DNA of 64,000 nucleotides from Octopus vulgaris. Its lineage: Eukaryota. Below the pieces are notes generated by a model, which saw only the letters and a list, made by a program, of their open reading frames with translations, was not told where the DNA came from and did not search any database. The stretch covers positions 22,382,001 through 22,446,000 of the forward strand of contig OX597822.1 in the NCBI GenBank assembly GCA_951406725.2. Direction: 5' to 3'. Both the position numbers and the translations under genes were made by a program. This document shows, one piece after another, positions 52,619 through 64,000 of the stretch. The stretch's first letter is position 1. Each line of letters opens with the position of its first letter.

Positions 52619-53679
52619 CACATCTTTCAACGTATTTTCTTGGAGTATTTTACAAAACCTCTGTATACCTTCCCCATATTACTTTCACAGAAGCCTTCTT
52701 TAGACTAAACCTCCAACAATACTTACAGTACAAGATGACTGACATTGTACATTGAAAAAACATATTTCTGCTATCTAATAAATATATACAGGTGTTCCAG
52801 GGCATGAACAGTTCAAAAAGAAGTTATATTTGACAACTTAGAATAAAGTCCTCAAGATAAGTTGAAGAGAAAATATGAATATTTTATATATAATTGTTTG
52901 TCCAACAAAATATATTTTGTTGGACTATCAATTATGGATTAAATATTTTTATATATGTGTGTATATATATATCATTGTGTTGTTATATGTCCAGTAGTGA
53001 TTGTCATGTACGTTTATACAGCTGAAAATTTAATAAATTCATTTTACAATTACTTGAACCTTGGACAAATGTAGTTTCAGATTGACCTATGACTGAATGG
53101 AAACCTATCAAATTGATTGTCCATATAATTAAATGACCAGCCTTGTCACACACACAGCATCGTTACTGATTCTGCCGGCAGATTCTATCTATACATTAAA
53201 GGTACAAGCACCTGTGGAATACTCAGTCACTTATATTATAATGAGTGGATATTTCCATTGATCAAACAGCAGAATTTTTCCTCATGAAAACCAACTAAAT
53301 ATCCATTTAACCTTTGGTATTTATGGTCTGTGTGTACTTCAAACTGTACTCTTTTGTACTTATATCGGTATAAGTACTTCACACTTGGTACTTATGTTTC
53401 TACAAATTCACTGTACTTTTGGTACTTATGTTGCTATATATACTTTACTCCATCTGTGTACTTATGCGACCACATATATATTTCATACTGTATTTTGTAC
53501 ATATATTCCCATATGTATTCCATATTATATTCTAAAATAAACATGCAACCTTGAACTTCTTATCTTCAGCTTGCTTATTGATGTGAACAGTGATGGAGTA
53601 GGTAGCCATCCTCTTTGATTATACTTCTAGCTTTCAGGAAAGCTCTTCCCTTTGAGGCTCTTGCCTATGATCTAATAGT

Positions 53680-54060
53680 TCTTAATTATATTCTACACAC
53701 TGTATTTTGATATATAAAATAAATATATTCTTATCTTGAACAGAAAAAATGGTCAATAGTAGAGTTCTGTTTCTCTTAGTCTTCCACTGTCCATACAACA
53801 GATAATTTCTTATCGATATATGAAACTGTGATCTCACAAAGTATTGGCCATGTAAGCTTCAGGACATATTTTCATAATCTTTAATTATGGTCATCTGCTT
53901 TGCCATTTTAACTGTTCTCTTCGTATGTGATTTTAGATGCTGGAAAATAAGTCCACTTTCTTGTAAATATGTCATTGCTACTCTGATAATTGACTTCTTC
54001 ACTTTCATGCTGGCATAATTGAAAATGGCATCAAGTAACTTTTCTTCCGGCTTGGAATTG
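53680..54060 (-). mobile_element. Very decayed R4/Dong-like fragment
   Basis: Minus strand LHGQYF ... VQD resembles the post-RT region of R4/Dong proteins. Confidence 0.45.
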
Positions 54061-54292
54061 TTTCTTCTATTGTTATTGATTTGCTTTTTGTTTTCTTTTT
54101 TTTTTTAAATTGCTCTGTGATATACAATACTTAACTGCCAGATTTTATAACAATATATAGTTGAGGAACACCCAACTCTTGTGCAAAATTTTGTTTCTAC
54201 TATACCTGCTGTAAAGATGTATTTTAACAAGAAATTTTTCAAAAGTAGTTATCATCCTCATACAAGTGTAGACTTATATTATTACAAATATC

Positions 54293-54332
<40 letters not shown>

Positions 54333-54406
54333 TTATATGTTTAGTCATAGAGTGTCCAATAGTTTCACATGTGTAAAGCACTAATCATTATGGATGACAC
54401 ATCAGA

Positions 54407-54465
<59 letters not shown>

Positions 54466-54714
54466 TTTATGTGTGTGTATTTTTGTGTCTGTGTTTGTCA
54501 CCCACTATCACTTGACAACTGATGCTAGTGTGTTTACACTCCCATAACATAACAGTTCAGCAAAAGAGACTGATAGAATAAGTACTAGGCCTAGAAAGCA
54601 TAAGTCTTGGTGTCAATTTCTTCAGCTAAAACCCTTTAAGGCAGTGCTCCAGCATGGCCACATTCAGATTTCAAAAACATATAAAAGAATAAAAGAATAT
54701 ACATATATATAAAT

Positions 54715-55308
54715 ACACAAGGGTATGCTGTAGAGTTCTTAATTTTAAGAGTATCACAGAAAGCATGGTTGGAGGCCCACCCTTCTGAGTTCTCTTAGAA
54801 AAACTAAAGGACCACTGCAGTAAGTGCATGAATCTGAGAGGGGAATATCTTTATATATAAAAGAAAGGTTGTGTGTCTGTCTACTCCAATTTAGATTCCT
54901 AACTACTCCCACATTTTGCGATGCAGTTTAACCAAAACTGGGTATCTTATAGTCGGGATTCATATCAAGCCCTTCTGGGTATTAGCGCACGTCTACAATG
55001 AGTCTATGATTTTAAAAATAATTTACCATCATTTTTTTCCATTTTAATGCATATTTTTTAAATATAAGGGAAGTAACCCTCTAAAAATGTCTATGATGAG
55101 TCAACGATTTGAAAAAAAATTTACCATAATTCTTTTCCATTTTTTGCTATTTTTTGGCTATAACTCTCTAAAAATGCTTTATAGTTATTTCCCTTACAAA
55201 CCCGAGCAACGCCGGGCGATACTGCTAGTGTTGAATAAAATCATAATTAAGTGAACCTTCTGTATTTTCTTTTTCCCAAAGCTAGAAAATTTTCACCACC
55301 CCTTCATA
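54715..55308 (+). mobile_element. Mariner-derived MITE interrupted by a Helitron
   Basis: The mariner-type end KC..LRGEY|VE* is split at 54847/55229; ends caagggtatgctg / ttcaccaccccttcata. Confidence 0.65.
54848..55228 (+). mobile_element. Non-autonomous Helitron (381 bp)
   Basis: 5' TC, 3' CTAG, subterminal hairpin CCCG(agcaacgc)CGGG, inserted between A and T with no TSD. Confidence 0.9.
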
Positions 55309-55575
55309 TTCTTTTACTCTTGTATTTTTTCATTTGTCTCAGTCACTTAACTGCGGTCATGCTGGAGTACCACCTTTAGTCGAACAAATTGACTCCAGGA
55401 CTTATTCTTTGTAAGCCTAGTACTTATTCTATCAGTCTCTTTTTTACCAAACCACTAAGTTATGGGCACATAAAGACACCAAAATTGGTTTTTGTGTATC
55501 CTGCTATCATACTAATGCTACCATACATATATTTATCTATCTATACCAGGGGTCAAATATAGACACAAATAACAA

Positions 55576-55577
<2 letters not shown>

Positions 55578-55620
<43 letters not shown>

Positions 55621-55860
55621 TATATATACATATATATTCATATATATATGCATATATATGCATATATATATATGCATATATATATGCATATATATATATG
55701 CATATATATGCATATATATATATGCATATATATGCATATATATATATGCATATATATATATGCATATATATATGTATATATATATACATATGCATATGTA
55801 TATATATGCATATATATATATATGCATATATATATGCATATATATATATGCATATATATT
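55578..55860. repeat. (TA)n/TATGCA satellite; mirrored at 56563-56740
   Basis: Direct reading. Confidence 0.92.
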
Positions 55861-56081
55861 TCAGCCAGAGTTCTTTCGTCACACTCCTGTGACCGCATCA
55901 GTGGTCCTTTGTTTTCTTCTTTCTTATTTGTGTCTCTCCTTACTAACCGTCAGCCATTTTGTATTTCTATTGTATGTCTTCATTTGCGCATGCTTATATC
56001 TCTATGTGCGTCTATGTTTATTTAGTGTGTGGGGGGGGATGCCTGTAATATTTGTATCTTCTGTTTATAGACGTTCATGTA

Positions 56082-56563
56082 ATTTGTCTTTGTTGTTGTT
56101 TTTGTTTATTCTTATTTTGTTCATGTGTTTACATCCACTTATTATTATCATTACATATGTTTGTATGTATGTATGTATGTATGTATGTATGTATATACAA
56201 CAACACTAGTAATAATAATAATAATAAATCGAAAAAAAAAATAATATAGTTATTTATTTCTATTTGTTTATTTATTTGTGTATTTATTATATTTTTGGGA
56301 TCATCTACCGTCATATGTTGTGGTGTGTGCTAGTGTTCTACAACATATGACGGCAGAGGATCCCGAAAACATAATAAATACACAGATAAATAAACAAAAA
56401 GAAATAAATAACTATATTATTTTTTTTGTGGATTTATTATTATTATTATTACTAGTGTTGTTGTTATACATACATACATACATAAAAGCATATGTAATGA
56501 TAATAATAAGTGGATGTAAACACATGAACAAAATAAGAATAAACAAAAACAACAAAAACAAAT
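56082..56563. repeat. Long palindrome with ~225-240 bp arms and an 18 bp spacer (56322-56339)
   Basis: For example catgtgtttacatccacttattattatcattacatatg is mirrored by catatgtaatgataataataagtggatgtaaacacatg, and ccgtcatatgttgt by acaacatatgacgg. Confidence 0.95.
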
Positions 56564-56670
56564 ATATATATGTATATGTATATATATATATGTGCATATA
56601 TATATATGCATATATATATATATGCATATATATATATATGCATATATATATATATGCATATATATATATA

Positions 56671-56724
<54 letters not shown>

Positions 56725-56739
56725 TATATATATATATAT

Positions 56740-57130
56740 AGGCGCAGGAGTGGCTGTGTGGTAAGTAGCTTGTTTACCAACCACAAGGTTCCGGGTTCAG
56801 TCCTACTGCGTGGCACCTTGGGCAAGAGTCTTCTACTATAGCCTCGGGCTGACCAAAGCCTTGTGAGTGGATTTAGTAGACGGAAACTGAAAGAAGCCCG
56901 TCGTATATATGTATATATATGTGTGTGTTTGTGTGTCTGTGTTTGTCCCCCTAGCATTGCTTGACAACCGATGCTGGTATGTTTATGTCCCCGTTACTTA
57001 GCAATTCGGCAAAAGAGACCGATAGAATAGGTACTGGGTTTACAAAAGAATAAGTCCCGGGGCCGAGTTGCTCGATTAAAGGCGGTGCTCCAGCATGGCC
57101 GCAGTCAAATGACTGAAACAAATAAAAGAG
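56740..57130 (+). mobile_element. tRNA-derived SINE family A, full length, well preserved
   Basis: A box TGGCTGTGTGG, B box GGTTCAGTCC, central TA/GT tract, tail GGCGGTGCTCCAGCATGGCCGCAG. About 15 related copies or fragments in the window. Confidence 0.92.
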
Positions 57131-57147
57131 TATAGAGTATGCTTATT

Positions 57148-57206
<59 letters not shown>

Positions 57207-57231
57207 ATGTATGCATATATATATATATATG

Positions 57232-57705
<474 letters not shown>

Positions 57706-57710
57706 ATGTA

Positions 57711-57744
<34 letters not shown>

Positions 57745-57863
57745 TTCAGCAAAAATTTAGTTTCAAATGAATATGGTACTTAATTTAGATGCACCAGAAT
57801 TTTATATGTATACATATATATATATATATGTATGTACATATATATATATGTATATACATATAT

Positions 57864-58548
57864 AAATCCTTAAAAATGTTTTAGCCCAAAGGCCGCGGCC
57901 ATGCTGGGGCACCACCGCTGAATGAGCTACACTAATTTGTGAATCCACCTCTGATGTGTGGCACTTGATCAACAAGGGAGTTCGATGCTGCTGCCTGCAT
58001 CCGTGTCTCCTGTCGTGAGGTAGGTTCATCTGGGACTCCCGACAAGAAGAGATCCAGTTTAGTTTTAAAGAAACCCACATCCACACCATGTAAGTCTCTC
58101 AGGCATTTAGGGAGGATGTTAAAGAGCTGTGGTCCTCTGAAACCCAAGCTGTTGCAGTATCTGGACCTGTATTTTGATGGTGATGTTGGAATCCTTGGCA
58201 CCATGCAGTGGCGCCCCGTTCTGCGGTTGGGGTAACTTTGAATGCCAAAGTTTGGGACAAGACCCTCCAGGATTTTCCAGATGTATATCACCGCAATTCT
58301 CTCCCGCCTCTGCTCTAGGGAGAAGAGGTTTAATACCTTCAGTCTTTCCCAGTAGCTGATATTTTGCATTGAGACGATTTTCTTTGTGTAGCTTCTCTGA
58401 ATTGCTTCGAGTTCTGCTGTTAGTTTTATATTGTGTGGTACCCACAGTTGGGAGCAGTAGTCCAAGCGGCTGAGGACGAATGTTTTCCATAGGACCATCA
58501 GTGTCTCCTTCTCTCTTGTTCTGAAAGTTTGGAGAATCCATCCAGAAT
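57864..58548 (-). mobile_element. 5'-truncated CR1-group LINE
   Basis: [18 protein letters not shown]....[41 protein letters not shown]; short 3' UTR; embedded in TA-rich repeats. Confidence 0.92.
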
Positions 58549-58697
58549 ACATATATATGTATATACATATATATATATGTATATACATATATATATGTAT
58601 GTACATATATATATATATGTATATAATATATATACATATATATGTATATACATATATATACATATATATGTATATACATATATATATATATGTATAT

Positions 58698-58738
<41 letters not shown>

Positions 58739-58911
58739 CATACATACATGCATATATATATACATACATGCATATATATATATATATACATACATACATG
58801 CATATATATATATACATACATATATATATATATACATACATATATATATACATACATACCTATATATACATACATATATATACAAATATATATATATACA
58901 TATATATACAT

Positions 58912-58946
<35 letters not shown>

Positions 58947-58988
58947 ATATATATATATAATACATACATATATCATACATATATATAT

Positions 58989-59043
<55 letters not shown>

Positions 59044-59123
59044 CATATATATATATACATACACACATACATACATATATACATACATACATATATACAT
59101 ACATACATACATATATATATACA

Positions 59124-59155
<32 letters not shown>

Positions 59156-59209
59156 CATACATATACATACATACATATACATACATATATACATACATAC
59201 ATATATACA

Positions 59210-59243
<34 letters not shown>

Positions 59244-59253
59244 CATACATACA

Positions 59254-59287
<34 letters not shown>

Positions 59288-59325
59288 CATACATACATAC
59301 ACACACACATATATAAATACACACA
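58549..59325. repeat. (TA)n/(TACA)n microsatellite array (~780 bp)
   Basis: Direct reading. Confidence 0.97.
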
Positions 59326-59708
59326 TTATTTGGGCATTAACCAGCTGAGATATAAAATAAATACCTACTTTTCTTCAGACAGTAAAAGATTTAATGAAAG
59401 CTGAGAAAATAATTGCAGCAATATGTAATTAAATTTTAAATTGAGCAATAAGCAGCTGAGATTTAGAATAAATACACACCTGAATATTTCAGCAGCTTAG
59501 GTTTAGAATTTAATTCTTAAGTTAGCTACCAGTATAATTATTAAAAATTATGCAAATTGTAACTTTCAAATATCTGGTACTACCATATTTAGCACAGGAG
59601 AGGCTGTGGTAAGAAGCTTGTGTCCCAAACATATGGTTCAGGTTTCAGTCCCACTGTGCAGCACCTTGGACGTGGTGGATGGAAACTGAAAGAAGCCCAT
59701 CGTATATA

Positions 59709-60927
59709 TTGGGTCATCCCATGAATAATGCCCATTTTTTTATACTTTTACTTTTCAAAATTTAGATAAACAAAGTTCTTTTTTAATCTAAAATATACTT
59801 TTCAATTTCTACACTACTCTTCCATGTAAGGCCCATCTTCCAAAATTCACTTGCCCATGACAAAAAATACTCCTCTAGTAGTTTTCTGACCTTGTCTACA
59901 GAATTCATATTTTTTCTATCCAAATAATTTTGGAGACTGCAGAATAAATGATAATCAGATGGAGCAATGTCTGGAGAATATGGTGGGTGGAGCATCATTT
60001 CCCTTATCAAACTGCTCCATCCTTTGGTATGTGATCAAGCATTATCCTGATGGAAGAACACCTTTCGTCTCGAAACCAAAGATGGTCATTTTTCTTCTAA
60101 TGCTGACTTAAGCCACTCAAGCTGCTTGCAGTAGATCTTCGTTATCATTTAGTTTGGGTTTAAAAGTTCAAAATTAACTAAACCTTTCATATCCTACTAA
60201 TGATAACAATACCTAAGGTGGGTGAAGACCTTCTTTAGCCTGGGGTGCCGGTGTTTCTCCTTTCGCTACTCACTGCCTTCAGTGCTTCACATTTTTATAG
60301 AGAACCCATTTCTCATCACCAGTAACTATTCGGTCCAAAAAAGGTTCATTTGTGAGATGTGACAGCAAAGAACAGCACACATTCGCTCTTTGCACGTGAT
60401 TAGACCCAGAAAGTTTGTGAGGAACCCATTGACTCAATTTGCTGATAGCACGCAGGTGTCAATGAATGGATGAATGCTAGTTCTTCAACAGTTGTGATGG
60501 GATTTTGTTCCACCAGGTTTTGCAGAACATCTTCGTCAAGCTCTACAGATCTTCCAAGATGAGACTTGTCTTCAAGGCTGTAGTTTCCAGCTCAGAATTT
60601 CTGGAACCATTGTTGACACTGGCTTATGCTTATTGTCTGAACCCATATAGTGCATTAATATTCCTCGCACTTTCCATTGCATTGTTGCTTTTATTGAACT
60701 CATAAAACAAAATATTCCAAATATGCTTCTTTGTCACTTCCATTATAGCTTTAGAAAAATAACTGTTAAAATCGAACTGCATTCTTCAAAACTTACTCTA
60801 AGATTAAGAACAAAGTAAAACTTTACTACCTGCTTTTATAGCAAGTTGATGCAAATAGGTTATCTCATCCCCTCCAACTTTTAGTTCATGCAATTGAAAA
60901 AAACACATTATTTATGGGATGACCCAG
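59709..60927 (-). mobile_element. Near full-length decayed mariner inserted in the central TA tract of a family A SINE (59595-61140)
   Basis: TIRs TTGGGTCATCCCCATGAATAATG / CATTATTTATGGGATGACCCA; HPPYSPDIAPSDYHLF, VTGDEKWVLY and HQDNA motifs. Confidence 0.92.
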
Positions 60928-61729
60928 GTGTGTGTGTGTGTCTGTGTCTGTGTTTGTCACCCCCACTGGTGACAACTGGTGCTGGTGTGTTTACATCCCC
61001 ATAATTTAGTAGTTTGGCAAAAGACAATGATAGAGTAAGTACCAGGCTTTAAAAGATAAGTACTGAAGTTGATACATTTGACTAAAACTTCAAGGCGGTG
61101 CCCCAGCATTCAAGTAACTGAAGCAAAGAAAGATAAAAGAGACAAAAGATATTTGTTGGGTATATAAATCTATACATTTTCTAATGACAGGAGGATATGT
61201 ACATGGTTATAGTGGGTGATTCTAAATAGACTCAAAATTAGAATAAGATCATTCACTCTTTTTCTTTTGGTAAAAGAATATACAATAAACAGATATGTAA
61301 ATATGTCTTTTTTTTTTGGCATATTTGTCTTTGGACAGAGAAAGAGTAATTTGACTCAATTAAGTTACAATGTCACCATCATTATCATCATCATCATTTA
61401 ATGTCTATTTTCCATACTTTCATGGGTTAGACAGTTTGATTGGAGCTAGTAAGCTGGAGAGCTGCACTAGGTTCCAATCTGTTTTGACTTGGTTTCTATG
61501 GTTGGATGCCTTTCCTAATGCCAACCACTCTAGAGAGTGTACTGGGTGTCTTTTACATTTCATTAGCACAGGTTCCTTTTAGGTCACTGGCACAGGTGCC
61601 TTTGATGAGTCACCAGCACTGGGCACAACCACAATTTCACTAAGCTTGGTGTGTCTTCTCAAGCGCAGCAAATCGCCAAAAGTTTCAATCACTTGTCATC
61701 GTCTGTGTGAAACTCAGCAACAAATGTGA

Positions 61730-62210
61730 TACGAAAGATTCTCTCAAATGTCTGGATGGCAACCTCAAAGTAGCTGATGGCTTCTACTACCTGAGTGGCA
61801 TGATCAGCACTGGAAATAACCAAAGTAGGGATGGCAGATTGTGTAATATTAAGACATGGGCCTTCAATGCAGATTTGTGAAGTCTAGAAGGAAAAAAGCA
61901 AGCAAGCTTCATTGTATGACTAATGTTAGTGTACATGAAGGACAGAGCACAAATAAGCTGAGAGAATGATTAGATATAGGAAGAATTTGATAAAGTGTGC
62001 AAGAGAGAAGACTGTGCTGGTGTTTTCATGTGATGCATCATATAGAGAATGTGAATTGTATGAAGAAGAGTCAAGCTTTTATAGTGAATGAACTCTGAGG
62101 AAGACGGAAACTGAAGAAGAATAGGAACAAAGTAGTGTAAACTGATTCCATGATGTTATATCTCATGAAGGTGGTATGGTTGGCAACAGGCTGCGCTGAA
62201 GAAACACTTG
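61730..62210 (+). mobile_element. Decayed RTE 3' coding fragment; an old minus-strand RTE tail lies at ~61375-61700
   Basis: LKVADGFYYL and VQERRLCW..HV resemble 51260-51800. Confidence 0.6.
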
Positions 62211-62994
62211 ACTACCATGCCAAGAATGACAAACAAATTATAAAATTTGGTCAAGGATGGAGACATGATATGTTTCTACATCCATGCCTCAGGTGAATTT
62301 TGTACCTGCCAAGTTTCTATCTGCTAACCCTATTATCTATTCAAGATTCTCTTATACGGTAGAGAGGTGCAGATAGTACCTTCTGACTTTATACTTACAT
62401 CATTATACCTGATAAACATAACAGTATCTGATATGTACCCCTCCAGCCCATAACCTCCCCCCACCCCCCACAACCACTCATTACTGACTTCCATTACACT
62501 CTCTTACCACCAACTACTTCTATGCCTATCCATTTCTCTCTCCCCAGAGAGCTTCCTTTAGTGTTTCCCTTCCATGTTCTTCTGCGATTACTTCCCCTCT
62601 ATCTCATTACAGCCTGCCATAACTATCTCATCAAATTCTCTCACCTATTTCACATTGCCCAAACAACACTGTGAGTCTTTTGTCTTGTAAGGTACAATTT
62701 ATCACTAGTGTTGGTGCTTTTATAAAATGTACCCAATACACTTGGTAACGCAATTGAGAAAATCCGGTAGTTTTGTTGAGGATATGATATCCTCTCTATT
62801 GTTGCTGCCATAACAAAAATGCTTCCAGCATACACTGCACAGTTGATGTTAGGAAAAACATGATCAATTTGTATCGTATTTCCATACCAACATGGCCATT
62901 TTTTATGCAAACTTTGATATATTTAATGCCCAGTCATTCTCAGCTGCTTGTTTGTATTCTGCCACTAACGCTGGTTAATATTATATACCTAAAG

Positions 62995-63202
62995 AAGATG
63001 GCAAGCTGGCAGAATCATTGGCATGCTGGGTAAAATGCTTAGCAGTATTTCATTTGACTTTAGGTTCTGTGTTCAAATTTTGCCAAGGTTGACTTTGTCT
63101 TTCATCTGATAAAGTGAGTATCAGTTGAACTCTAGAGTTGATGTAATCAACTTACCCCTCACCTGAAATTGCTGGCTTTGTGTAAAAATTTGGAACCAAT
63201 AT
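62995..63202 (+). mobile_element. SINE family B
   Basis: Colinear with 48917-49145; aatattatata on both flanks. Confidence 0.8.
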
Positions 63203-64000
63203 TATATATCTAATTGTGTTTCCTTCATTTCTCTTTACATCTCACTACTACAGAGGTTCACATTTTACTTCAGGCTTTGCACAGCCTGTCTTTCACAAAA
63301 CAAGGCTTCTAGAACTGGGTTTATATGCTTCATACACCCATTAACATTTACATTTGCAAAATATATAGATTCCAGACAAAATTTTGCTTCACACACACAC
63401 ATGTTTGTATTGTTCATTTATATCATATGTGGATTATCTAATGTAGCTCTATAATTATTTGATAATGTCTATCAGCAACTGGAATTGTTGATTTCTTACA
63501 TAGGCGAAAAGATGGAATTTTGGGACAGTGATTGCCAAGCAAGATGAGTACACAGAGTCAGGCTGAGATACCCTTTTAGTCCTGTCTCATCAAGGACATC
63601 ATGATATCTATAGTGCCACTACTATACTAGAATGTACCCAGTATTCTTTAACATCCTGACATAGAAACAAAGCCAAAATAGAATGTGTGAGCACCAGCCT
63701 ACACATGCCATTGCTTCCAGTAAAACTGACTTAGAAATAAACAACTCATTCAACTCATGCTAGCATAGAAAGCAGACATAAAAGATGATGGTAATATAAA
63801 TCAGAAAACATATACTTTTAGTTTAAAGGAAAATGTGTTCCAGTATAGAACTTTACATCCATAGACTTCAAGTGCCGGTTTTGCAAAAATTCAAAAGCTT
63901 GATTGGATAAAACTCTTTGCCAAAAGCAAAGTAGATGAACAGATAAAGCTCCAACTTAACTCTGTGTAAGCTTATGTTCTATGGTTTGCATTGTTTTTGT

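Noticed and set aside
53780-53831. Candidate fourth aminopeptidase exon (SLPLSIQQIISYRYMKL)
   Set aside because: In-frame TGA after 17 codons with no donor; it overlaps a minus-strand R4/Dong-like remnant.
56740-56815. tRNA gene
   Set aside because: A/B boxes are present but there is no cloverleaf, and it continues into a SINE body.
62650-62910. 86-aa minus-strand ORF
   Set aside because: No recognisable motif or splice support.

Overview
AT-rich, microsatellite-dense animal genomic DNA; the repeat families point to a cephalopod, most likely Octopus (inferred, not verified). The window lies inside one + strand host gene: three phase-compatible GT-AG exons (3437-3584, 13745-13818, 30867-30971) splice into the C-terminal domain of an M1 aminopeptidase (ENPEP/ANPEP-like). 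The introns are ~10 kb, ~17 kb and >33 kb. The rest is a layered transposon landscape: two RTE LINE copies with a C4HC3 PHD-type finger inside the reverse transcriptase, R4/Dong, CR1 and Penelope-like remnants, Gypsy LTR elements (one with both LTRs, PBS and TSD), Tc1/mariner copies, MITEs, a Helitron and many tRNA-derived SINEs. Most ORFs in the supplied track are microsatellite or antisense artefacts. The most notable signals are (i) several type I hammerhead-ribozyme motifs, including a back-to-back inverted pair at 50203-50425 and one with a microsatellite-inflated stem II loop at 4999-5133; (ii) a Penelope GIY-YIG nuclease with ~134 residues between its two motifs; (iii) the PHD-in-RT architecture; (iv) a ~480 bp palindrome. 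All calls were made by eye; no searches or folding were run, and boundaries of old repeats are approximate.
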